64,000 nt of DNA from an uncultured Candidatus Saccharibacteria bacterium (GCA_964565615.1 CAZMFO010000001.1:19513-83512), one strand, 5' to 3'; counted from the first letter of the stretch, positions 8,763-19,593 are shown. The notes: a model not told the origin generated them from the sequence alone. Program-made: numbers and translations.

Positions 8763-8831
8763 TAACTTATATGAATTTGGTTGAGTTTGAGGTGTGAAAA
8801 TGCTACTCTAAAGAGTGAAAAGTATGAGGGT

Positions 8832-9587
8832 ATGAGACATATAATTGCGATATTGAATCAAAAAGGTGGCGTTGGCAAAACGACTAGCACTATAAATATT
8901 GGTGCATATCTAGCAAAAATGGGTCGCTCGGTTTTGATAGTCGATCTTGATCCTCAAGGAAATGCTACTAGTGGGCTAGGTAAAAGCGGTCAGTTTACTG
9001 CCTCTACTTACGATTTATTATTAGGGGGTGCGACTTTGAGTGATGCAATTATAGATGTAGATGGAGCAGATTTGTCTTTAGTGCCAGCAAATGCCCATCT
9101 TGCAGGAGTAGAGGTTGAATTAGTATCTCAGCATAATCGGGAGAGTCGCTTGAAGACTGTTTTAGCTCAAGCCTCACAAGATTATGTCTTGATTGATTGT
9201 CCGCCATCGTTAGGCTTATTGAGCGTAAATGCTTTGACTGCTTGTGATTCGGTAATTATTCCAGTCCAGGCTGAATATTATGCACTTGAGGGGCTAACAC
9301 AATTGCTCGGAACAATTCAAAAAGTAAAAAAAGGATTAAATCCAGATTTGGATTTATTAGGAGTGGTAGTAACGATGTACGATAGTCGGACATCTTTGTC
9401 AGACAGCGTTTATAAAGAACTACAAAAGCATTTTGGGCAGAAATTGTTTAAGACAGTTATCCCCAGAAATGTTCGTTTAGCAGAAGCGCCAAGCTATGGT
9501 AAAACAATTGCTGACCACGATAAATGGTCGCGAGGCGCTAGGGCTTATAAGTCATTAGCAAAGGAGATTGATAAGTATGTCAACTAA
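8832..9587 (+). CDS. parA: Chromosome partitioning ATPase ParA/Soj
   Basis: Deviant Walker A NQKGGVGKTT. Start placed at MRHIIAI by homology; the track's TTG at 8781 is unlikely. Confidence 0.85.
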   Translation: MRHIIAILNQKGGVGKTTSTINIGAYLAKMGRSVLIVDLDPQGNATSGLGKSGQFTASTYDLLLGGATLSDAIIDVDGADLSLVPANAHLAGVEVELVSQHNRESRLKTVLAQASQDYVLIDCPPSLGLLSVNALTACDSVIIPVQAEYYALEGLTQLLGTIQKVKKGLNPDLDLLGVVVTMYDSRTSLSDSVYKELQKHFGQKLFKTVIPRNVRLAEAPSYGKTIADHDKWSRGARAYKSLAKEIDKYVN

Positions 9588-10437
9588 AACTGGGTTAGGT
9601 AAGGGATTGGATGCTTTAATTCCAGAGGAATTTGATTCTTCTATTTTGGAGAGCAATGAGCGTATTCAAAAATTACCTATTAAAGCGGTTGTCCCAAATC
9701 CAGATCAGCCACGAAAGCATTTTGACGAAGAATCCTTAAGTGAATTGGCAAAATCTATTAAGTCGCACGGCATAGTTCAGCCATTGATAGTAACAAAAAA
9801 TGGCGAAAAGTATCGCATTATTGCTGGCGAACGACGATGGCGATCGGCTCAACTAGCTGGTCTTAAAGAAGTCCCGGCTGTGGTGAGGTCGCTAGAGCTA
9901 ATTGAGGAACTTGAGGTAGCAATAATTGAGAATGTTCAAAGAGTGGATTTATCGCCTTTAGAGCAGGCTCTGTCAATTCAGCGATTGCATAATCAGTTTA
10001 ATCTTAGTTATGCCGAAATAGCCGAAAAACTTGGGAGGGCAGTACCAACCATACATAATACAGTTCGCTTATTGCAGTTACCGCAAATAGCAAAGGAGGC
10101 GCTAGAAAAGAGCCAAATAACAGAAGGTCACGCCCGGGCAGTTTTGGCACTGAAGGATGACACTCAGAGACAGAAGGAGTTGTTAGAATCTATCTTAAAA
10201 TATGGCTGGACTGTCCGTCAGGCCGAACAGTTTGTGACGGCCAGTCGTCAAGAAGAAAAGCAATCTACAAGTAAAGTTAAAGCCCATATGGCAACTACTA
10301 ACACTCAAACCGAAGTACTCGCTAAAAAACTCAAGACTTCTATTAATATACGGCGAACAGCTAAGGGTGGCAAATTAGAAGTATATTTTAAGGATGATGC
10401 TGACCTTGACAGAATAACCACTGTGCTGATAGGTTAG
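9577..10437 (+). CDS. parB: Chromosome partitioning protein ParB/Spo0J
   Basis: KGLDALIP, IVQPLIV, IIAGERRWRSAQLAGL ParB-box motifs. SD AAGGAG 10 nt upstream of ATG 9577. Overlaps parA. Confidence 0.85.
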   Translation: MSTKTGLGKGLDALIPEEFDSSILESNERIQKLPIKAVVPNPDQPRKHFDEESLSELAKSIKSHGIVQPLIVTKNGEKYRIIAGERRWRSAQLAGLKEVPAVVRSLELIEELEVAIIENVQRVDLSPLEQALSIQRLHNQFNLSYAEIAEKLGRAVPTIHNTVRLLQLPQIAKEALEKSQITEGHARAVLALKDDTQRQKELLESILKYGWTVRQAEQFVTASRQEEKQSTSKVKAHMATTNTQTEVLAKKLKTSINIRRTAKGGKLEVYFKDDADLDRITTVLIG

Positions 10438-11120
10438 AATGTTTGAGCTTTGTTAAGAGGGAATATCCGTAAGCCTAATTTTCCGACAATCGTTTTGTCG
10501 GCAATTGGGCCAAAATAGCGGGAGTCCAACGAGTTGTCGCGGTTGTCTCCCATTACAAAAACATATCCATCCGGCACCGTAACATCAACATTGCCTTTGG
10601 TGGAAGAAAAAGATTTACTATATTCTTGACCTTTGTCGGGGTTAAAGCCGTTGGGGTGTTTAGAACTGTAAATTGTCACGACTCCATCTTTAACGACTAC
10701 TCGCTCGTCGGGGAGGCCGATAACTCGTTTTACTAATTGACGAGCAGACCCTGATTCATTAAGTGAAAAAATAATAACTTGATATCTAGGAGGGGCATAA
10801 TCTCGGCTGGTGATGCGGGCTAGTGTTCGGTCTATCTTGTTGACAATTAGCAGGTCCTTGTCTTGGAGTGTCTGTTGCATACTTGGGCCATCGACTTCGT
10901 AGGATTGAATAACAAAAGTGATCAAAAAAAGTGCCAGTAGTGGTGCGGCAAGGAATAGCATAACTGTAGAGATGATATTGCGCATAGTATCAGATTTAGA
11001 GTTGGTATCTTTTTGCGCAACATCTGTTTCTACGGGGGCAGTGGGTTGCTGTTCGGGCTGGCTAGTGGGCTGAGGGTTGTTCGTATTATTGTTTAATTGC
11101 GGTGAGTTCGTATTAGACAT
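10434..11120 (-). CDS. lepB: Signal peptidase I
   Basis: GPSMQ.TL catalytic Ser box, VKRVIGLPDERV, GDNRDNSLDSRYFG. One TM. Low-complexity N/P/Q-rich N-terminal tail. Confidence 0.85.
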   Translation of the reverse strand: MSNTNSPQLNNNTNNPQPTSQPEQQPTAPVETDVAQKDTNSKSDTMRNIISTVMLFLAAPLLALFLITFVIQSYEVDGPSMQQTLQDKDLLIVNKIDRTLARITSRDYAPPRYQVIIFSLNESGSARQLVKRVIGLPDERVVVKDGVVTIYSSKHPNGFNPDKGQEYSKSFSSTKGNVDVTVPDGYVFVMGDNRDNSLDSRYFGPIADKTIVGKLGLRIFPLNKAQTF

Positions 11121-11224
11121 ATCAGCCTATAACTATACTTTAATCAGGCAAAAATAGCCATAAAAAGATATCTCTTTTGGTTTTGAAAATATCAGCCATA
11201 ACGCTATACTAGAGTACGCGTGTT

Positions 11225-12877
11225 ATGGATAATTTTCGAAGAATAAAGCGTGTTAAGTCAGATAGCATAGATGGTTTTGTAAGGAGCGATTATAGTAGTC
11301 GCCCGCTTGACTCAAAACACAATAAAAGACCTAATTCATTTGAAGGTCTTCGGATTAAATCTCCACAAACAAGAATTGGCAACTTTTCTGGAGGCGATGG
11401 CTTTATTGCTCGTAAAACAAAGTCAATTTTACCCGATGGGAGATCTTTGGGGCGTAAACCCCACAAAGTTGTTAAGCCATTGGATATGAGTCTAGGGGAT
11501 GATAGCTCACCAAAAAAAAGGCGAAGCAAGAAACCCAAAAAACTCCTTAAACATCTCTTACGAGGCAGTATCGCTTGTTTGTTAGTGGCTCTAATAATTG
11601 GTAGCTATATTGGTGTTAGGGGTTATTTACGAGCTAGAGAAATTTTTAAGGGAGGTGGTGACTCTGTTGCATGGAAGTGTCAACCAGATCCAGCAATCTT
11701 AAAACAAGAGGGTGATGGTCGGATGAACTTTTTGTTACTTGGAAAGGGGGGGCCAGAACAGTCTGATGGGCCAGACCTAACAGATACAATCATTGTTGCT
11801 AGCGTAGATCCTTGCAATAAAGAGGCGGGCTTATTAAGTATTCCTCGAGATTTAGCAGTCAAGATGGAAAGCGGAGAAACGCAAAAAATAAATGCAGTTT
11901 ATGCCTTAACAAAAATGTCTAGTAATAATGCCGGGAAGCCCGATGAGGAAGTTGAAAAGGCTGGAATAAAGGCAATAGAGGATGTCGTAGAGAATGTAAC
12001 GGGGCTAAACATTAATTACTATGCCATGATTGACTTTGAGGCCTTTGAAAAGGCCATCAACTCGGTGGGTGGCATTGATATTAATGTCAAGGAGTCAGTA
12101 TCAGAAAATATGTTACTAAAAGGCAAACCATATCGCTTAAATGTTCCTGTAGGCAATGTGCACTTTGATGGCCTTAAGGCCTTAGCCTATTCTAGATGTC
12201 GGCACTGTGATAACAGAAATGATTTTGGCAGATCCGAACGCCAAAGAGAGATAATCATTGCTCTTAAGGGGAAAATTATTAGTTTAGGGACTTTTAGTAA
12301 CCCGGTTAAGGTGTCTCAATTGATTGATAGCTTTGGGTCGCGAGTTATTACTAATCTTTCGGTGCCCGATGATGCTATGAAGCTCTATGCATTAGGTCAG
12401 GAAATTAACGAATCAAACATTAAATCGGTTAGTTTGGTTGATGAACCCAATGTCTTAATAGGTTCGGGGGGCGCTAACTTGGGGCTGGGTTCGGTTCAGG
12501 TGCCTAAAGCCGGGCTGTATAAGTATACAGATATTCAAAACTTTGTTAGAGCAACTTTTGTTGACGGATTTATTAAAAAAGAAAATGCTGGGGTGGTGGT
12601 TTATAATGGGACCTCTGTTGGTGGTTTGGCAAGTAATAAGGCAAATGTGCTAAAAGGTTATGGATACAATGTTGTAGATGTAGGCGATGCTCCGTCAAAG
12701 AGTAATGCCAGCACAATAATCGTTGATCTTAAGAAAAAAGATACGAAATATACCAAAAAGTATTTAGAATTGAGATATAAAACTACTGCCACAACGACAT
12801 TGCCAGACGGCATTATTCCTCCAGAAAATGCAGACTTTGTTATAATACTAGGACAGAATGAAACGAGTAACCGATAA
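11225..12877 (+). CDS. LytR-CpsA-Psr (LCP) family cell-envelope polymer ligase with a LytR_C domain
   Basis: DTIIVASVD ... LLSIPRDLAV ... KINAVYAL core. C-terminal VVVYNGTSVGGLA ... GYGYNV. Basic N-terminal extension of about 110 aa plus a TM. Confidence 0.8.
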   Translation: MDNFRRIKRVKSDSIDGFVRSDYSSRPLDSKHNKRPNSFEGLRIKSPQTRIGNFSGGDGFIARKTKSILPDGRSLGRKPHKVVKPLDMSLGDDSSPKKRRSKKPKKLLKHLLRGSIACLLVALIIGSYIGVRGYLRAREIFKGGGDSVAWKCQPDPAILKQEGDGRMNFLLLGKGGPEQSDGPDLTDTIIVASVDPCNKEAGLLSIPRDLAVKMESGETQKINAVYALTKMSSNNAGKPDEEVEKAGIKAIEDVVENVTGLNINYYAMIDFEAFEKAINSVGGIDINVKESVSENMLLKGKPYRLNVPVGNVHFDGLKALAYSRCRHCDNRNDFGRSERQREIIIALKGKIISLGTFSNPVKVSQLIDSFGSRVITNLSVPDDAMKLYALGQEINESNIKSVSLVDEPNVLIGSGGANLGLGSVQVPKAGLYKYTDIQNFVRATFVDGFIKKENAGVVVYNGTSVGGLASNKANVLKGYGYNVVDVGDAPSKSNASTIIVDLKKKDTKYTKKYLELRYKTTATTTLPDGIIPPENADFVIILGQNETSNR

Positions 12878-13607
12878 GATCAAGCCAGTAGCTGGCTTCT
12901 CGCATATATTTCACCTGCTATTGACGGTGGTGATGCCGTTATCTATTTATGTTCTGATACGCCTAAACTTGGTGCCGTTGGCAATAATCTTGGTGTTTTT
13001 AAGTAAATGGCGGATGTTCTCGGTGCGTCCCAGATATTGGCTACCTTTAATTAGGGCCAATGCCGTAGATATGATTGTTGGTGTGGCGACTATTATATTT
13101 ATGGTCAACACTTCTAGTGGGTTAACGCAATTAATTTGGGCGGTAGCTTATGCACTTTGGTTGGTGTTGATCAAGCCTAGCTCAAGTGTGTTTGGGATAT
13201 CGCTTCAAGCTTTTTTGGCGTTTGTTTATGGTTTAGTCGCAGTGTACTTAGAGTGGGGGGGTTCAACAGCAGGTGTCATTATGTTTATGACATGGATTGT
13301 TTGTTACTCTGTTGCGCGACATTATTTTTCTAGTTTTGATGAATCTCATTCGGCGTTTCTTTCAAATGCATGGGGCTTGTTTGGAGCAGGGCTTTCTTGG
13401 ATAATGTCGTTTTGGTTACTGTATTATCAGGTATTTTCGCAGGTTTCATTGTTACTTATTGTATTAGGATTTGGTCTCGGAACATTGTATTACCTAGAAA
13501 AAGCTGATCGTTTATCTATTTTAATTAGAAGACAGATTGTTTTTGTTATGATTGCCGTCGTAATCATAACATTGGTATTTTCTGATTGGGGTAATCAATT
13601 AACATAA
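12858..13607 (+). CDS. Polytopic membrane protein, hypothetical
   Basis: About 7 hydrophobic segments. Overlaps the LCP stop by 20 nt. Confidence 0.5.
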   Translation: MKRVTDKIKPVAGFSHIFHLLLTVVMPLSIYVLIRLNLVPLAIILVFLSKWRMFSVRPRYWLPLIRANAVDMIVGVATIIFMVNTSSGLTQLIWAVAYALWLVLIKPSSSVFGISLQAFLAFVYGLVAVYLEWGGSTAGVIMFMTWIVCYSVARHYFSSFDESHSAFLSNAWGLFGAGLSWIMSFWLLYYQVFSQVSLLLIVLGFGLGTLYYLEKADRLSILIRRQIVFVMIAVVIITLVFSDWGNQLT

Positions 13608-13618
13608 AAGGGAGGTGT

Positions 13619-14845
13619 ATGGAAGATAAGAACAAAATTGAGAACGGTAATGTTGCAGTACGGCAAAAAATAAAAGACACTAAACCTAAGTTAGGTTTAC
13701 CTAGCAAAGGTGGAGTTTTGGCTGTTTTAGTTTTGTTTTTTATTAGCACTAGTTTGGGGTTTGTTGGTGGATATATTGGTGCCAGTAGGCGGGTAGAAGA
13801 TAATAATTCCAATGTCAGTATTGAGCAAGGACGACAAGCAGTCCAAGAACAGAGTAATCTAATCAGTAGTTTGGCAAAATCTGTCGGTCCGAGCGTAGTT
13901 TCTATTAGTGTTGTTAGTCAAGATGTACAAAATAGTTTATTTGGGCCACGCGCTATAGAACAGCAGAGTGCTGGAACGGGGTTTATTATAAGTGATAGTG
14001 GCTATGTAGTAACTAATCGTCATGTATTGCCTAAGGGAGCCTCACAGGTTAGTTTGACTATGTCTGACGGCACGGTACTAGATGATGTAACCGTGGTGGG
14101 GACAACATCCTCTTCTGATTCGTTAGATGTAGGTTTTTTAAAGATAAATGACACGAAGGGCAAGAAGCTAACGGCTGTTAAGTTAGGAGATTCTAGCAAG
14201 GCGCAGGTTGGGGATACTGTCATAGCTATCGGTAATGCTCTTGGGCAGTTTCAGAATACCGTAACATCGGGTATTGTGTCGGGTTACGGGCGGAATTTAC
14301 AGGCCTCAGACGGAACAGGAGCAAGTGCCGAGAACTTACAAAATCTGTTTCAAACAGATGCCGCTATCAATCAAGGCAATTCGGGAGGGCCTTTAGTTAA
14401 TGCTAACGGCGAGGTTATTGGCATAAACACGGCTGTGGCGGGTGATGGAGCGCAAAACATTGGTTTTGCTATTCCGATAAATGATGCTAAAGGACTAATT
14501 AATGGCGTGTTGACCTCTGGAAAATTGCAAAGACCATATCTTGGAGTCCGTTATGTACAGCTAAATCCTACTGTGGCGTTAGAGCTTAATGTTAAAACTG
14601 AGCAAGGGGCGTATATTAATGGCTCCGAAGGATCTTCTGGTGTCGTTGCTGGTGGTCCAGCAGAAAGTGCAGGACTAAAAGATAAAGACATCATTACTAA
14701 AGTAAATGATCAGTCTGTTGATGAAAACAATACGCTTTCGTCGGTAATCGGTAGATTTACTGTTGGCGAAACAGTAACAGTAACCATCGTACGAGAAAGC
14801 AAAGAACAAACTGTTCAAGTAAAACTTGGCGAATTGCCTAACTAG
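13619..14845 (+). CDS. htrA: HtrA/DegP-family serine protease with PDZ domain
   Basis: GTGFII ... TNRHV (His), GNSGGPLVN (Ser). N-terminal TM. C-terminal PDZ. Confidence 0.85.
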   Translation: MEDKNKIENGNVAVRQKIKDTKPKLGLPSKGGVLAVLVLFFISTSLGFVGGYIGASRRVEDNNSNVSIEQGRQAVQEQSNLISSLAKSVGPSVVSISVVSQDVQNSLFGPRAIEQQSAGTGFIISDSGYVVTNRHVLPKGASQVSLTMSDGTVLDDVTVVGTTSSSDSLDVGFLKINDTKGKKLTAVKLGDSSKAQVGDTVIAIGNALGQFQNTVTSGIVSGYGRNLQASDGTGASAENLQNLFQTDAAINQGNSGGPLVNANGEVIGINTAVAGDGAQNIGFAIPINDAKGLINGVLTSGKLQRPYLGVRYVQLNPTVALELNVKTEQGAYINGSEGSSGVVAGGPAESAGLKDKDIITKVNDQSVDENNTLSSVIGRFTVGETVTVTIVRESKEQTVQVKLGELPN

Positions 14846-15665
14846 AAGGTCGTTTGAATACTTGAACCAACCCATCAGAATCTATTAGTCTAAACCCTAT
14901 ATTATTGGCAAGATCTTCCATCTCTTGATGTTGAAGAGCAAGGCTCTCTGTCAAGACTAGATTGACTGAATTGTTTTTTGATATTTGATCCCAAAGCTGT
15001 TTGTAGAGTTGCATACCATTATCTTTGGCAAACAATGCAACCGAGGGTTCATATTGCAACTCTGGCTGGACATTTATATCCGTCGGGACATAAGGCAAAT
15101 TTGCTACTATTATGCTTGCGTCTATATCTTTCGGTATTAAATTTGCTTTTATTGTTTGGCAGTCAAGAGAGTACTTTTTTAAATTCTCAACAGTAACTTT
15201 CAAAGCTTTGGCACTAACATCTGACAAAATAACTGTGTTTGAAGGGGACTCAAGTTTAATGGTTATGCCTAATATCCCAGAACCGCAACCCACATCAATA
15301 ATGGTTTGGTTTTGGGGGTTGAGTTTTTTAAAGAGATCAATAAAACTCTCTGATTCGGGGCGAGGAACCAGTGTGTTTGCTGTAACTAAAAATGGTCGTC
15401 CATAGAACTCTTTTTGTTCAATAATATATGCAAGCGGTTCGCGCGACAGTCGACGACGAAGTAGTTTGTTAAGCAGGGTAGTCTGTCGGCGCGAAAGTTG
15501 CCTATTGAGATTGGCAAGAATATGGGCTTTTTCGAGCAACAAGATATATTCAACCAGAACTAAGCTGTCTAAATTGTAGGAGGCAACACCAGCTTTTGCT
15601 AGCTGATGGCGAGATCTTTTTAACCAATTGCCTATTTGCATACTGGATAATAGTATACAGTCCAT
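14838..15665 (-). CDS. prmC: Release-factor glutamine N5-methyltransferase PrmC/HemK
   Basis: IIDVGCGSGILG (motif I), VANLPYVP (NPPY-type motif IV). Confidence 0.8.
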   Translation of the reverse strand: MDCILLSSMQIGNWLKRSRHQLAKAGVASYNLDSLVLVEYILLLEKAHILANLNRQLSRRQTTLLNKLLRRRLSREPLAYIIEQKEFYGRPFLVTANTLVPRPESESFIDLFKKLNPQNQTIIDVGCGSGILGITIKLESPSNTVILSDVSAKALKVTVENLKKYSLDCQTIKANLIPKDIDASIIVANLPYVPTDINVQPELQYEPSVALFAKDNGMQLYKQLWDQISKNNSVNLVLTESLALQHQEMEDLANNIGFRLIDSDGLVQVFKRPSS

Positions 15666-15729
15666 TGCGACTTAACACATATAATTGTGTAATATTGAGA
15701 AAACATAATAAATTTGTTAAAATGAACCA

Positions 15730-17196
15730 ATGATTGATAAGCTAGCCGTTACTTCGCCTAACCCAGAAATTATTCGTAATCCAGAAAGCTCAATGGGTCT
15801 TCAGACCTACGAGTATCTTGCTGGTGGAGGGGAGCGAACTGATAGAATAGAAGAGTTTCTTGCTGGTAAAGTCGCTGGGCTTAATCTTGATTATCCAAGG
15901 CTAGAATTAGCAGAGATTGATGAGCATATTTCAAATTTGTCTAGTTTGGTGCCAAAGGAATATGCAGGATCTGCATCTGCTGAGTTTAGGTTGGCCGAAG
16001 CATATTTTTTAAAAGCCTGTCAGCAGATAAAGGTTTTGGGTAATCCATCACAGCCAATCGTTGATCAGTTTCAAGAAATTAACGAATCAATTTATGGTCG
16101 ACCAGATGAAGCTGTTGTTGATCAAATGTTGGCTGGTTTATGGGCGCAATTAGAGGCAAAAAAAGGTGGAATAGCAGACGATCTAATCGCTAAACTAGAG
16201 AGTGGCTGGACATTTACTGCACAGGATGGGTCAGAGGTTGCGATCCCCGCTTTGCCAAAACCAAGTGAATCAAGCCCAGAACCCTTGCCGACTTTAACCG
16301 AAGAAGCTAAGCAATGGATATTTGACCTGTTAACTACCGAGTATGCACCAGTTAGGGAGGTGTTTGAAGAATATTATCATCAACAAGTAGAGTCGCGAGA
16401 TGACCCATCTCTTACCCCGGCTGACATAGTTGCTATGTTTAATAAAGGTGTAGAGGTTATGAATCTACAAAATGTTGCAATCTTAGAAGACGAGAATGCT
16501 ACCGCATTAAGTTGGTCATCTATAGATAGCGCAGTTGTTGTGGGTATGAAGCGTAATCCGCTGTCTAGCATTGATGAGGCTTTGGGTGTTTTTGTTCACG
16601 AAGTTGGTGTTCATGGCAGACGGTATGCTAGCGGAAAAGACCTAGGAGATAGCTCCTTGACCAATGGCTTATTTACCGAAGCGGATGAGGGAGAAGTGCC
16701 AGATTATTTAACATTTGAGGAAGGCTTAGCCGGAACTTTACAAAAAATAATGCAGGGCGACGAAGAGAAATGGGGGTTAGCTAGCACAGCGTTGTATCTA
16801 AATGTTGCTTTTGCTCATATGGGTTGGACTCCTCGGCAAGTTCAAGAAGTTATGACGCAGGTAAGGGTTGTGTTGGGGTTGTCGCCCGAAGACCAGCAAA
16901 TTCCTGATAGCTTGGTGGCAAAATCAAGTAAAACAACAGCCACAGGAGCAGTGCGTATTTTTAGGGGTACACCCACATCTAGAGAACTCAAAACGACAGA
17001 AGGCGTAACTTTGCATTATGCTAAGGATTTAGCCTATGCTTCTGGCAAAATAAAGGCAATACCACTATTAAATAAAATTGCTTCATTACCTGAACCTGAT
17101 AGGTCGGATTTATGGAATAGTTTATTCTTGGGTAAATATGACCCTACTAACCGTCGCCATAAAGACTACGCCTTACGAGTAGCAGGCAAAGTATGA
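15730..17196 (+). CDS. DUF1704 / QEGLA-motif (MATCAP-like) putative zinc metallocarboxypeptidase
   Basis: HEVGVHGRRY (HExxxH) and FEEGLAG (QEGLA-like motif). 488 aa. Confidence 0.45.
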   Translation: MIDKLAVTSPNPEIIRNPESSMGLQTYEYLAGGGERTDRIEEFLAGKVAGLNLDYPRLELAEIDEHISNLSSLVPKEYAGSASAEFRLAEAYFLKACQQIKVLGNPSQPIVDQFQEINESIYGRPDEAVVDQMLAGLWAQLEAKKGGIADDLIAKLESGWTFTAQDGSEVAIPALPKPSESSPEPLPTLTEEAKQWIFDLLTTEYAPVREVFEEYYHQQVESRDDPSLTPADIVAMFNKGVEVMNLQNVAILEDENATALSWSSIDSAVVVGMKRNPLSSIDEALGVFVHEVGVHGRRYASGKDLGDSSLTNGLFTEADEGEVPDYLTFEEGLAGTLQKIMQGDEEKWGLASTALYLNVAFAHMGWTPRQVQEVMTQVRVVLGLSPEDQQIPDSLVAKSSKTTATGAVRIFRGTPTSRELKTTEGVTLHYAKDLAYASGKIKAIPLLNKIASLPEPDRSDLWNSLFLGKYDPTNRRHKDYALRVAGKV

Positions 17197-17210
17197 GTGA
17201 TAGAAAATTA

Positions 17211-18263
17211 TTATTCTTGATCTAACAAATCGTGTTCGGCTTTTTGTAGTTGTTCAAAGATGTCATCAATATTGCCATCAAGAGCACTAGGTAGGTTACT
17301 GCGAGAGTAGCCAATACGATGATCGGTTATTCTGTCTTGTGGGAAGTTGTAAGTGCGAATTTTTTCGCTACGATCTCCAGAGCCAATGAGTTTTCTGCGG
17401 GCGTTAGATAGTTGTTTTTGTTCTTCCTCTATTTTTTGTTGAAGCAGTCGTGAACGCAAGACTCCTAAAGCCTTATCTTTATTTTTTATTTGAGATTTCT
17501 CATCTTGGCAGGTAACTACTAGGCCCGTGGGGAGGTGAGTTATCCTGACGGCCGAATCGGTAGTGTTGACTGATTGACCACCGTGACCACTTGACCGGTA
17601 AACATCAATCCTAAGATCCGAAGGTTTAATTTCTATATCACTTTCTTCCGCTTCCGGTAAAACAGCAACGGTAGCTGTTGAGGTATGAACGCGTCCTTGA
17701 CTTTCGGTAACAGGAATTCTTTGAACACGATGTACGCCTGCTTCAAACTTAAAGTTTTTATAGGCATCTTGTCCGTGTATAGCTACAGTTATCTCTTTAA
17801 AACCTCCAGCCTCACTAGGGCTTTCGTTTATAAGCTCTAATTTATAACCATGATTTTCTGCCCATCGGGCGTACATTCTGTATAAGTCACCAGTAAAAAG
17901 CGAGGCTTCATCCCCACCCGCTGCCGAGCGGATTTCTAAAATCGCATCGCGCTCGTTATTGGGGTCTTTGGGGAGCAGAGCATCACTTAGTTTAGCCTGA
18001 TTACTGATGATTAGCTTCTCTGTTTCCTGAAGTTCTTCTTTGGCAAGTTCTGCCAGATCACCGCCACTAGTTATGATATCTAGGGCATCATTTTTGATGT
18101 TTTCTAGACGATGCAATTCATCAAAAAGACTAACAATTGATTCTAGCTCGCTTTGTCGGCGGGCTATTTTAGGGTATTTTGGATCATTAAAAATGCTAGG
18201 AACCTCAAGCTGTTTGTTGAGATTGGCTAGTTCATCACGCAAGGACTGTTCTTTATTGTTCAT
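17211..18263 (-). CDS. prfA: Peptide chain release factor 1
   Basis: GGQ motif [26 protein letters not shown] tripeptide (RF1-type PxT). Confidence 0.9.
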   Translation of the reverse strand: MNNKEQSLRDELANLNKQLEVPSIFNDPKYPKIARRQSELESIVSLFDELHRLENIKNDALDIITSGGDLAELAKEELQETEKLIISNQAKLSDALLPKDPNNERDAILEIRSAAGGDEASLFTGDLYRMYARWAENHGYKLELINESPSEAGGFKEITVAIHGQDAYKNFKFEAGVHRVQRIPVTESQGRVHTSTATVAVLPEAEESDIEIKPSDLRIDVYRSSGHGGQSVNTTDSAVRITHLPTGLVVTCQDEKSQIKNKDKALGVLRSRLLQQKIEEEQKQLSNARRKLIGSGDRSEKIRTYNFPQDRITDHRIGYSRSNLPSALDGNIDDIFEQLQKAEHDLLDQE

Positions 18264-18339
18264 AAGCTATTTTAGTATAACTAAACTTTAGTTTTGGCAC
18301 AAAAAGTAGTCGTAGACAGTAGTTACGAGAGGGGATTTA

Positions 18340-18681
18340 TTATTTAGTAGTTGCCTGTTTTTTGGATTTTTCTTCTTTGGCTTGTTTTTGGGCAATTTTA
18401 TTTTGGGCTGATTTTACGCGAGCCTCTTGAGCTTTCTGGGCCACTTTACGGCGTGCCTCAAATTTGTCAACACGACCTTCTATATCAAGGAGTTTCTCTT
18501 GACCGGTATAAAATGGGTGGGATGAGCTAGAGATATGTACTTTAACCAAAGGATATTCAACGCCATCAATCTTGATGGTATCGTCTGTTGCTACAGTCGA
18601 GCGAGTCAAAAATGTAGTGTTGTCGTTGAGATCTTGGAACACAACCAATCTATAGTCTTTAGGATGCAAATCTTTTTTCAT
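18340..18681 (-). CDS. rpmE: 50S ribosomal protein L31 with a Lys-rich C-terminal extension
   Basis: [15 protein letters not shown] ... HPFYTG L31 signature. No Zn Cys pairs, so type B-like. Confidence 0.8.
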   Translation of the reverse strand: MKKDLHPKDYRLVVFQDLNDNTTFLTRSTVATDDTIKIDGVEYPLVKVHISSSSHPFYTGQEKLLDIEGRVDKFEARRKVAQKAQEARVKSAQNKIAQKQAKEEKSKKQATTK

Positions 18682-18858
18682 ACAGACTGTTAGTATAGCC
18701 TAACAGATTAAATAGGTCAATAGATATTGCATAAATGTAAGAATTTGCTACAATAATGTTTACAATAAATTAAACAGGAGAGCTAACAATCCTTCCCGGT
18801 CAAGTCTATGTAAGATTGATATGGGTCGTGGCTCTACCGAAGATGAAAGGATTTATCA

Positions 18859-19575
18859 ATGGCAACAGTAGATGTTGATATCAAAAAATTGCTTGAGGCG
18901 GGAGCTCACTTTGGACACAAGACTAGTCGATGGCATCCCAAAATGGCACCGTATATCCACTCCAAGCGAGAGGGCACATACATTATAGATCTGACAAAAA
19001 CCGTTATAGCTTTGGAGTCAGCGACTGCCTTTTTAGAAAAAACCGTAGCTTCTGGTAAACAGGTCTTAATTGTTGGCACAAAGCGCCAAGCACGAGAAAT
19101 TGTTAAAAAACTAGCCGAAGAAACTAAGATGCCCTATGTTTCGGAGCGTTGGCTGGGGGGTATGCTAACTAACCAAAATACAATTGGTGGTCGAGTTAAG
19201 TATTTGAAGGATCTAGAGCTTAAAATGGAATCTGGCCAACTGGCCTCAAAGTACAATAAGCTGGAGCTTCAACGCTATCAAGAAGAAATTGACAGTATGA
19301 ATCATCTCTATGGAGGGATAAAAAATATGTCAATTAGACCCGGTGCTGTAGTGGTGTTTGATGTAATCAACGACCACAATGCCGTTAAGGAATCTATTAA
19401 ACTTGGCATACCAGTTATTGGATTGACAGATACAAATGCCGATCCTACCGACATAACTTATCCGGTTCCAGCAAACGACGATGCTATAAAGACATTACAA
19501 CTAATTGCTGATTATTTTAAACTGGCAATTGAGGCAGGTAAAGCAAAAACAAAACAAGCTACAGATAAGAATTAA
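18859..19575 (+). CDS. rpsB: 30S ribosomal protein S2
   Basis: LLEAGAHFGHKTSRWHPKM. Candidate promoter TTGCAT-16-TACAAT at about 18727-18754. Confidence 0.95.
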   Translation: MATVDVDIKKLLEAGAHFGHKTSRWHPKMAPYIHSKREGTYIIDLTKTVIALESATAFLEKTVASGKQVLIVGTKRQAREIVKKLAEETKMPYVSERWLGGMLTNQNTIGGRVKYLKDLELKMESGQLASKYNKLELQRYQEEIDSMNHLYGGIKNMSIRPGAVVVFDVINDHNAVKESIKLGIPVIGLTDTNADPTDITYPVPANDDAIKTLQLIADYFKLAIEAGKAKTKQATDKN

Positions 19576-19593
19576 TAAGTAGAGGAGTATAAA

